Source: an uncultured Eubacterium sp. (GTDB taxonomy: Bacteria; Bacillota; Clostridia; Lachnospirales; Lachnospiraceae). Taken from it: a stretch of DNA of 64,000 nt. A model generated the notes under the pieces. That model saw nothing but the letters and a program-made list of their open reading frames with translations. It was not told the origin of the DNA and searched no databases. The position numbers and the translations under genes were made by a program. How positions within the stretch are numbered: position 1 is the stretch's first letter; each line of letters begins with the position of its first letter. The stretch covers positions 5,384 through 69,383 of the forward strand of contig CAYVFF010000009.1 in assembly GCA_964450965.1 (NCBI GenBank), read 5' to 3'. This document shows, piece by piece, positions 54,001 to 64,000 of this stretch.

Positions 54001-55134
54001 AACGAAAGGCTTGAACAGCTCGATCGCCATCTCCTTGGGCAGGCCGCACTGGTATATCTTGAGCTGTGGCTCGACGACGATAACCGACCGGCCGGAATAG
54101 TCGACGCGCTTCCCCAGCAGGTTCTGGCGGAAACGTCCTGACTTGCCTTTCAGCATGTCGGACAGCGATTTCAGCGGGCGGTTGCCAGGACCGGTGACCG
54201 GACGGCCTCTCCTGCCATTGTCTATCAGCGCGTCCACCGCCTCCTGCAGCATGCGCTTCTCGTTGCGCACGATAATGTCAGGGGCGTTGAGCTCCAGCAA
54301 TCTGCGCAGGCGGTTGTTTCTGTTGATGATGCGCCTATACAGGTCGTTTAGGTCCGACGTCGCGAAACGTCCGCCATCGAGCTGGACCATGGGGCGCAGA
54401 TCCGGCGGGATGACAGGTATGACCGTCATAATCATCCACTCCGGCCTGTTTCCGGACTCGCGGAACGCCTCGACTACTTCCAGGCGCTTGACGATACGCG
54501 CCTTTTTCTGGCCGGTAGCATCAGCAAGCGCGGTTTTAAGCTCCTCGGATTCCTTATCCAGGTCGATTGCCTCGAGAAGCTCCAGTATAGCCTCTGCCCC
54601 CATCCCGGCGCGGAAGGCGTTGCCATACTTTTCCCTCGCGTTATAGTATTCAGTGTCGGTCAGGATCTGCCGCATCGACAGGTCCGTCTTGCCGGGATCC
54701 AGCACGATATAGCTGGCGAAATACAATATTTTTTCCAAAACGCGCGGAGATATGTCAAGGATCAGGCCCATGCGCGAGGGAATGCCCTTGAAATACCAGA
54801 TGTGCGATACCGGGGCGGCCAGCTCTATGTGGCCCATCCGCTCCCTGCGGACGCTCGCCTTGGTAATCTCGACGCCGCACCTGTCGCAGACCACGCCCTT
54901 ATAGCGAATTTTCTTGTATTTCCCGCAATGGCACTCCCAGTCCTTGCTGGGCCCGAAGATCTTCTCGCAAAACAGTCCGTCTTTTTCCGGCTTCAACGTC
55001 CTATAATTTATGGTCTCGGGCTTTTTCACTTCGCCGTGCGACCATTCCCTGATTTTTTCGGGCGAGGCCAGCCCTATCTGGATCGCGTCGAACGCGACCT
55101 GCTCTTTAGTCTCCTTGTTTGCTGCCTCAGGCAT
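51034..55134 (-). CDS. rpoC: DNA-directed RNA polymerase subunit beta' with long acidic C-terminal tail
   Basis: Zn-finger region [29 protein letters not shown] active site. AGGAGGGAG SD. Confidence 0.97.
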   Translation of the reverse strand: MPEAANKETKEQVAFDAIQIGLASPEKIREWSHGEVKKPETINYRTLKPEKDGLFCEKIFGPSKDWECHCGKYKKIRYKGVVCDRCGVEITKASVRRERMGHIELAAPVSHIWYFKGIPSRMGLILDISPRVLEKILYFASYIVLDPGKTDLSMRQILTDTEYYNAREKYGNAFRAGMGAEAILELLEAIDLDKESEELKTALADATGQKKARIVKRLEVVEAFRESGNRPEWMIMTVIPVIPPDLRPMVQLDGGRFATSDLNDLYRRIINRNNRLRRLLELNAPDIIVRNEKRMLQEAVDALIDNGRRGRPVTGPGNRPLKSLSDMLKGKSGRFRQNLLGKRVDYSGRSVIVVEPQLKIYQCGLPKEMAIELFKPFVMKELVANGTAHNIKSAKKMVERLQPEVWDVLEDVIKEHPVMLNRAPTLHRLGIQAFEPILVEGKAIKLHPLVCTAFNADFDGDQMAVHLPLSQEAQAECRFMLLSPNNLLKPSDGGPVAVPSQDMVLGIYYLTMFKLPDYTGNGAEPVNEKVYESKDEVRAALDAGEIHVHDMIYYHTHDESERTVICMPEDALGRFFSSTNQALLAYENGGVSLHQSIRVGQTAVTPDGETVSGTIETTLGRLIFNEIIPQDLDFVKRERPEDYLKLEIDFHVGKKDLKRILEKVINIHGATRTAEVLDDIKAMGYKYSTRAAMTVSISDMTVPEKKPELIQNAQDTVDRITKQYKRGLITEEERYKEVVDTWKDTDDELTAALLSGLDKYNNIFMMADSGARGSDKQIKQLAGMRGLMADTTGRTIELPIKSNFREGLDVLEYFMSAHGARKGLSDTALRTADSGYLTRRLVDVSQHMIVRESDCCQGTDREIPGIYVKAFMDGKEEIESLQDRITGRFAAEDIYDKDGNVIVKANHMITPRRAEAIIADGADADGNPLTRVKIRTILTCRSHMGVCAKCYGSNMATGQAVQVGEAIGIIAAQSIGEPGTQLTMRTFHTGGVAGNDITQGLPRVEEIFEARKPKGLAIITESGGIATIKDTKKKREIVVTDPETNESKSYLIPYGSHIKISDGALLEAGDELTEGSVNPHDILKIKGVRAAQDYMLREVQRVYRLQGVEINDKHIEVIVHQMLQKVRVDENGDSNFLPGTMVDELDFEDVNERLVREGKTPAEGTQILLGITKAALATNSFLSAASFQETTKVLTEAAIKGKVDSLIGMKENVIIGKPIPAGTGMKRYRNIKLNTDERMEALLRQEEMFEQADFDDDDEDFSDAAFVDSFDDDGDLPPDGEDDFLDDELIGDEDFFDDDELDRAAEEAGGLEDDAEEPEEAAEPEAYPRDPEVAEEPEIAEEPDGAEEPEAAEDAVHAAGDEEIIP

Positions 55135-55148
55135 GTCGGCACTCCCTC

Positions 55149-59129
<3,981 letters not shown>

Positions 59130-59198
59130 TGACGTTTCACCTCTCGAATGAATTTTCACTTTTTCAGATGGCAAGCTTGCTTGCCATCTGCATGGCCA

Positions 59199-59215
59199 CT
59201 TGACCGGGCTTTCAT
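59199..59215. repeat. E-element half-site in the rpoB leader
   Basis: CTTGACCGGGCTTTCAT is the exact reverse complement of the first 17 nt of E-element copy 2 (23711-23727). Confidence 0.45.
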
Positions 59216-59263
59216 AGCAAAATTGCGCAAAAAACGCCTATTTACCACAATAAAGCATTACCC

Positions 59264-59292
59264 ATCATAACACAAAGCCTGAAGGAACGCAA
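59264..59292 (-). promoter_or_regulatory. Candidate sigma-A promoter for rpoB-rpoC
   Basis: On the minus strand: TTGCGT (59292-59287), 17 nt spacer, TATGAT (59269-59264). This implies a leader of about 130 nt. Confidence 0.5.
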
Positions 59293-59360
59293 GGAAAAAT
59301 TTTATAAACTCCTGTCTTTGGCGGAATATAGCCTTGGCAGCATAGTTGATAGTAAGCTCC

Positions 59361-59388
59361 CATGCCCGGCAAGCGGGGCATGCCATAA
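59361..59388. repeat. P-palindrome copy 2
   Basis: CATGCCCGGCAAGCGGGGCATGCCATAA. Shares the 15-mer CGGGGCATGCCATAA with 60142-60156. Confidence 0.55.
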
Positions 59389-59485
59389 ATGAGGGCCGCT
59401 GCTTTGCACTTCGTGATCCCGCAGTAGTCCGGGCTCTCCTGGCAGGCTCATGGGCTAATCCGCCCTTTTCGCTGCATGGCATTGG

Positions 59486-59519
59486 AAACAAAACTGCCAC
59501 CGGCTTTAGCCGGTGGCAG
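59486..59519 (-). terminator. Rho-independent terminator downstream of ogt
   Basis: On the minus strand: CTGCCACCGGC-taaa-GCCGGTGGCAG followed by TTTTGTTT. Confidence 0.7.
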
Positions 59520-59619
59520 CCTGGTCGTTAGAACATTGATTTTTAGAGTTGTCACGCCAAAACGGCGCGGAAATCTGGGTTAAAAATTATTATACCGGGC
59601 CATATACTATGCTGGAAGC

Positions 59620-60120
59620 TTACGTCCGGATGGCGCCCTCCAATTTGAGGAGCGCGGTTTTTCTGTCGATTCCGCCGGCATATCCGGTCAGGCTGCCGTT
59701 TGCGCCGACAACGCGATGGCATGGCACGATGATGGATATCCCGTTGCGCGAGACTGCGCCGCCCGCCGCCCGCGCGGACACATACGGCAAATTCCGCCTG
59801 CCGGCGAGGAGCTTCGCTATCTGGCCGTAAGTCATCGTGCGCCCATATGGAATCTGGAGAAGGACCTCCCATACTTCTTTTTGAAAATCGGTCCCTATGA
59901 AATGAAGCGGAATCGAAAAATCCGGTTCTTTTGCCGAAAAATATATGTCCAGCCAGCGTTTCGCCCGCGTGAAAACGGGAATGTCCTTCTCCTCATGCTC
60001 CCTGTCAAGATAGCGGGCAAAATATTTCTGGCCCTCGAACCACAGGCCGGTAAGTCCGGTTTCATCTGCCGCAAGAAGCATGTTGCCCAGCGGAGACATA
60101 TAATGGCTGGTAAAGTGCAT
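59620..60120 (-). CDS. ogt: Methylated-DNA--protein-cysteine methyltransferase
   Basis: Active-site motif IIVPCHRVVGANGSLTGYAGG. Confidence 0.9.
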   Translation of the reverse strand: MHFTSHYMSPLGNMLLAADETGLTGLWFEGQKYFARYLDREHEEKDIPVFTRAKRWLDIYFSAKEPDFSIPLHFIGTDFQKEVWEVLLQIPYGRTMTYGQIAKLLAGRRNLPYVSARAAGGAVSRNGISIIVPCHRVVGANGSLTGYAGGIDRKTALLKLEGAIRT

Positions 60121-60130
60121 CTAAACCTCC

Positions 60131-60156
60131 GCGCCCGCAACCGGGGCATGCCATAA
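60131..60156. repeat. P-palindrome copy 3 (degenerate left arm)
   Basis: GCGCCCGCAACCGGGGCATGCCATAA, located between the pyruvyl transferase stop codon and the ogt SD. Confidence 0.5.
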
Positions 60157-60163
60157 CTGGCCG

Positions 60164-61360
60164 TCATTTGTTTTGAAATTTTGCTTTCAGCCTATGCGTG
60201 AAACTATTGCCGAGCAGGCGATCCTGCAGCTTTTTGTTTTCTTCTTCGAGCGCTTTGTCCTTCGCGGCCAGGGACTCGTTTTCGGCCGTGAGTTTGGCGA
60301 CCTGCGAGTTTAGCCTGTTGCGCTCCGCCTTTATCTCCTTCATGTTGTTGAAATCCTGTCTCGACCGGGTCAGCCACATGCGCAGCGTCCGCTCCATCAG
60401 GTCGTAGCGCCAGCGGTACACCTCCTCGTCGGTGTGCCAGAATCTGTCCAGCTCCTCCGTAGTGCGCTCCTCCGCCGATACCCGCGCCACGAAATCCTCG
60501 CATGACTTCGCTAGCGCGTCGCGCACCGGGATGAAATCCGGCTTGTTTGGTTTAGGATTCGTGAAATCGTAATCGTAATTGCCAGCCAGAAAGTCGCTGG
60601 TCTTTATATAGTGCAGATAATCGTAATAAGGCGAAAATCGTATGTCGTCGTCCATCTGCTTTATCAGAACCACCGGAGTCCCCTGAGCCAGGCACGGGAG
60701 GGAGCAGTGCAGCCTTTTGGTAATCACGCATTTGGCGTTGCGGTAAATGGTCAGCAGTTCCTCCACTTTTGCCTTGCGCTCCTCCCATGTGCGCTCCTTG
60801 TCGGCCTCTCCGTTGTGGGTGACGAATTTCAGCTCGTAACCTTTCCCGTCCAGCAGCTTCAGCAACTTGTTCTTCACCCTTAGGTCGACGTCCACGATGC
60901 ATATATATTCTTTTTCGTGCTCGACTATCGGCATCTGCGGCAGCGTCATCGTGATGCATCCTGAAAAATAGCTATCTATGCCGAGATCCCGCAGTTTGTT
61001 CATCGTAAAATAGTCGCGGCATCCTATCGGCTCATATGCTTTCAGGTAATCCCCGCCCAGGCCCTCCAATGCCTCGTATTTTAATGGCGAGCCGGCCTGC
61101 AGCGACAGTACGTGGTCGGCATAGTGGAATCCGACCATGTGCGGCACGATGCACCGCGCCGGCGGCCAGTGCCATTTTTCCCACATGTACCACGCGTTCA
61201 TGATGACCGCGACGGGTTCGTTGTTTTCGCTCTGGAAATCATTGATATGCTCGCGGTCCACGAAATAATCCAGAGTCGGATAGAAACGGGCGGTAGCGTA
61301 TGCCTGTATGTCGTCGCCCAGATTGATGTTGCTTTTGTTTAACAATACCCCGAATTTCAT
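60164..61360 (-). CDS. Polysaccharide pyruvyl transferase family protein with C-terminal coiled coil
   Basis: N-terminus NLGDDIQAYA is typical of PS_pyruv_trans. The last roughly 70 aa are heptad-like (KLTAENESLAAKDKALEEENKKLQ). Confidence 0.75.
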   Translation of the reverse strand: MKFGVLLNKSNINLGDDIQAYATARFYPTLDYFVDREHINDFQSENNEPVAVIMNAWYMWEKWHWPPARCIVPHMVGFHYADHVLSLQAGSPLKYEALEGLGGDYLKAYEPIGCRDYFTMNKLRDLGIDSYFSGCITMTLPQMPIVEHEKEYICIVDVDLRVKNKLLKLLDGKGYELKFVTHNGEADKERTWEERKAKVEELLTIYRNAKCVITKRLHCSLPCLAQGTPVVLIKQMDDDIRFSPYYDYLHYIKTSDFLAGNYDYDFTNPKPNKPDFIPVRDALAKSCEDFVARVSAEERTTEELDRFWHTDEEVYRWRYDLMERTLRMWLTRSRQDFNNMKEIKAERNRLNSQVAKLTAENESLAAKDKALEEENKKLQDRLLGNSFTHRLKAKFQNK

Positions 61361-61416
61361 GCGGCGTCCCCCTTTTTGCCTATCATACCATATGGGGCTG
61401 AAAAAGTCAAAACCGG

Positions 61417-61446
61417 TTGAAATAAAACGGAAAGTTATGTTATACT
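61417..61446 (+). promoter_or_regulatory. Candidate sigma-A promoter of the nucleotidase gene
   Basis: TTGAAA, 18 nt spacer, TATACT. Confidence 0.5.
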
Positions 61447-61498
61447 GTCAAAAGCACTGGAAATGCAGGTATTATTCTTAGGAAGGAACAGGTACTAC

Positions 61499-64000
61499 AT
61501 GAAAAAGAAAGGTATTTTTTGCAAGGCGGCCGCGTGGCTCTTATCGTGCGGCATATTTTTCGGGGCGGCTCCGGCCGTTCCCGCGCGGGCGGATGGCGCC
61601 GATACGACGACGCTCAGGATTATTTCAACGTCGGATCTGCATGGGCAGAGCGTGACGATGAACTATGATTCGGCCAGCGCGCATCCGGCTGGCAGCCTGG
61701 CGCAGGCCGCGACGCTGATAAATGGGGCGAAGAAGTCGTTAAAATATGGCGATACGCTGCTGGTAGATATCGGCGACGCGATATACGGATATGGTTCGGA
61801 CTGCATAAACAGGGGCGTCGTGGACGGCGTTGAATATATGTATGCGGAGTTTGCCGCCTTGGGATATGACGCCCTGACCATAGGGAACCACGATTTCGAC
61901 TATGGCTATGATTACCTCCAGGATCAGATAGGCGACGCGGGGCTAGAGGATAAGACCGTGCTCTCCAACGTATACGACGCCAAGACGAGGGAGACCGTAT
62001 GGGCTGAGAACATGCTCGTCACTAAAAAGCTAAAGACCGCCGGCGGCCGGACGCTCACGGTCGATATAGGCATTTTCGGGGTGACGTTGCCCGAGCTGTC
62101 CACGCATTACGACCATTCCAAGCTACTGTCCACAAAGGATATAGTGGAAAGCTCGGAGGAGCAGGTAAAGAAGCTGAAGGCTAAGGGGGCGGATATAGTC
62201 ATCGCTCTTGCGCACACCGGCATCGGCAGCGAGGAGTACGTCCAGATGTCCGAGAATGCGGCCTATGAGATGTCCAAGATAGACGGGCTCGACGCGATAG
62301 TAGGCGGCCATGCGCATGTGAATTTCCCGTCGGACGACGAGGATGTGCAGAAATTTTATGAATATCCCGGCGTCAGCAAGGACGGGCATCTGAATGGCAA
62401 GCCTTATGTCGGAGTCAGGGATCATGGCGCGGCGATTGGCGTGATCGACCTCACGCTGCGGGAAAACGGCGGCAAGGTCGAGGTCGCCGGCAGCAGCGCC
62501 AGCTTGAAGTATGTTGATAAATCTACAAAAGAAGATCCGGTCGTTACCAAGGTAAACGACGCGTATCAGGATCAGCTGGACGAGATATTCAATACAGGCA
62601 TTATAGACGTGGACGCGCACCTCACGGATTATTTTGGCCCTTTGGAAGACAATGCCATCGTACAGGCGGCTAACGAGGCGAAGATACATTACGGGTTGGA
62701 ATATATCAATCAGTTTAAGCCCGAATTCAAAGATTGCCCGGTCATAGCCGTCACGCCGTATGCCCTGGATGATAATCTGGCGACGCAGGGCTTCGTGGAC
62801 ATATACGACGAGGTCACGGTCGCCGATACGCTCAACATCCAGAACATGAATAAGGAATTTGCCTTTATATACAGCATAAACGGCGACCAGATCAGGGAAT
62901 GGCTGGAGTGGCTCGCGAGCGCCTACCAGAAGCCATCCTCGGTCGGAGGCGGCTGGCAGGATCCGGTCGTCAAGAAATATGTGGAGGAGGAGAACATGAT
63001 GCCGGTCCTGAATAAGGACTGGATCGACAATTGGTCGGGCTTCCTGGTGTTCGACGGCATCGAATATGAGATCGATCCGTCAAAAAGCCCCCGATACAAT
63101 AAGGATGGAAAGATTATAAATAAAAAAGCGCACCGCGTGACGAGCCTGACGTGCAACGGAGTCGAGGTGGACGACGACATGGAATTCGCCATTGTCACGC
63201 AGCGCATGAACAGTTCGTTCTGCGCGGTACCCGCCAGCATCGCGGAATATGTGATATGCAATAAGCGCGTATATATCAACGACCTCCTGCAGGATTATTT
63301 GGAGGAGCAGGGGGAATACGGGCCGCTCAGCGCGAGGACGGACGAGAACTGGTGCGTCGATTTCCCGGAGGGGATGGACTATCTCGTCAAGGCATCATGG
63401 CAGTCCGTTGACAGCGCGCCCGAGGCGGACTGGTATGTAGCCAGGCTGAAAAAAAATTCGCATAGCGCCTACTACCAGGCCGAGCTGAAGGCAGAACATG
63501 ACGACGACTCGCCGCCGATGCTCGTGCTGGGGCTGGGAAACGCGAAGGCGACTGGCCATCCGATCCCTATAGCTGTCCAGGCCAGCGACAAGTCGGGCAT
63601 ACGGCAGCTCAAATATTACGCCGGCGTGGCGGAGGCGGACTCTCCGGTATGGCAGACCGCGCAGTCCGTTACCGGCAGGAGCTTTACGGTGAGCGAAAAC
63701 GGCACTTACTCGGTCATGGCGGAGGATGCCAGGGGCAACCGCATAGTGAAGCATATATCCGTGGACAATTATGATCCCGGCGTGCTGGAGATACCCGACG
63801 TCACGAAATGCACGAACCGCTCGAAACAGATACTGGGAGTCGCCGAGCCGGGCGCAATGGTCTACGCCATAGCGGAGGATGAGATGTATTCCGCAAAGGC
63901 GGGGGCTGACGGCAAGTTCGCCATCAGCACGCCAAAATTACCGGCGGATTCTACCGTGGCAATCTGGGCTGAGGGCGAAGGTAAAAAGAGCGCCAAGCTC
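61499..64000 (+). CDS. Secreted bifunctional metallophosphatase/5'-nucleotidase-family protein (CpdB/UshA-like), 3' end outside window
   Basis: Not in the ORF track because no stop codon falls inside the window. I translated it by hand and the frame is open from 61499 to 64000. Signal peptide. Metallophosphatase motifs STSDLHG, DIGDAIYG, GNHDFDYG and LAHTG. Ig-like region near the end. Confidence 0.85.
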   Translation, partial: MKKKGIFCKAAAWLLSCGIFFGAAPAVPARADGADTTTLRIISTSDLHGQSVTMNYDSASAHPAGSLAQAATLINGAKKSLKYGDTLLVDIGDAIYGYGSDCINRGVVDGVEYMYAEFAALGYDALTIGNHDFDYGYDYLQDQIGDAGLEDKTVLSNVYDAKTRETVWAENMLVTKKLKTAGGRTLTVDIGIFGVTLPELSTHYDHSKLLSTKDIVESSEEQVKKLKAKGADIVIALAHTGIGSEEYVQMSENAAYEMSKIDGLDAIVGGHAHVNFPSDDEDVQKFYEYPGVSKDGHLNGKPYVGVRDHGAAIGVIDLTLRENGGKVEVAGSSASLKYVDKSTKEDPVVTKVNDAYQDQLDEIFNTGIIDVDAHLTDYFGPLEDNAIVQAANEAKIHYGLEYINQFKPEFKDCPVIAVTPYALDDNLATQGFVDIYDEVTVADTLNIQNMNKEFAFIYSINGDQIREWLEWLASAYQKPSSVGGGWQDPVVKKYVEEENMMPVLNKDWIDNWSGFLVFDGIEYEIDPSKSPRYNKDGKIINKKAHRVTSLTCNGVEVDDDMEFAIVTQRMNSSFCAVPASIAEYVICNKRVYINDLLQDYLEEQGEYGPLSARTDENWCVDFPEGMDYLVKASWQSVDSAPEADWYVARLKKNSHSAYYQAELKAEHDDDSPPMLVLGLGNAKATGHPIPIAVQASDKSGIRQLKYYAGVAEADSPVWQTAQSVTGRSFTVSENGTYSVMAEDARGNRIVKHISVDNYDPGVLEIPDVTKCTNRSKQILGVAEPGAMVYAIAEDEMYSAKAGADGKFAISTPKLPADSTVAIWAEGEGKKSAKL

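Noticed and set aside
59130-59174. Upstream track start codons for rpoB (59174), addB (11636), rpsL (50916), the FAD oxidoreductase (4296), the GGDEF gene (33212), the MBL hydrolase (16183) and the XRE gene (40615).
   Set aside because: These are TTG/GTG codons, or an upstream ATG, with no Shine-Dalgarno. In each case a downstream ATG or GTG with a good SD coincides with the start of the conserved N-terminus.
59258-59500. 80 aa minus-strand ORF in the ogt-rpoB intergenic region. Similar ORFs lie at 21180-21410, 22092-22286 and 22110-22328.
   Set aside because: They have no SD, they overlap predicted promoters, leaders or repeat elements, and their composition is Arg/Ala/Cys-rich. They are probably non-coding.

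Overview
GC-rich Clostridia-type (Firmicutes) chromosomal segment, read by eye with no searches run. I saw no rRNA or tRNA genes.

Gene content, in order:
- htpG, 5' partial.
- A roughly 13 kb minus-strand gene string: AMMECR1, DUF389, a LigB/Memo-like protein, a radical SAM enzyme (together an AmmeMemoRadiSam-type set), then addB, addA, a small ORF, an FAD oxidoreductase and a PrsA-like lipoprotein.
- A lipoprotein, an MBL hydrolase and ytvI.
- nifU-nifS-metY.
- Two MATE pumps.
- An orphan sugar-type substrate-binding protein plus a methyl-accepting chemotaxis protein.
- csoR-copA.
- An ABC-class ATPase (COG3044 type).
- A GGDEF cyclase, a PD-(D/E)XK + XPD/DinG-type helicase, and purL.
- A roughly 5.8 kb accessory island: an XRE membrane regulator, IS200-type tnpA, a small serine recombinase, a large DUF6273/Ig/Fn3 secreted protein, and a two-repeat type I-C-like CRISPR remnant.
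- rpoB-rpoC and rpsL-rpsG-fusA-tuf.
- ogt, a pyruvyl transferase, and a secreted 5'-nucleotidase-family protein, 3' partial.

Most noteworthy observations:
1. An orphan CRISPR mini-array at the edge of the mobile island, with no cas genes in the window.
2. copA runs in frame into a CopZ-like domain across an A-rich linker that still carries a Shine-Dalgarno plus ATG. Losing one A from an A7 run would restore a stop codon.
3. The AmmeMemoRadiSam-type set is split by a DUF389 membrane gene and is coupled to addBA.
4. RpoB and RpoC both carry long poly-acidic C-terminal tails, and HtpG has an acidic insertion.
5. Two small dispersed palindromic repeat families flank single genes.
6. Gene couplings: an SBP with an MCP, a MATE pump with the ABC-class ATPase, and GGDEF-helicase-purL.

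Many long ORFs in the supplied track lie antisense to clearly recognisable genes and were rejected as GC-bias artefacts. Several track start codons (TTG/GTG read as M) were moved to a downstream ATG or GTG that has a Shine-Dalgarno sequence.
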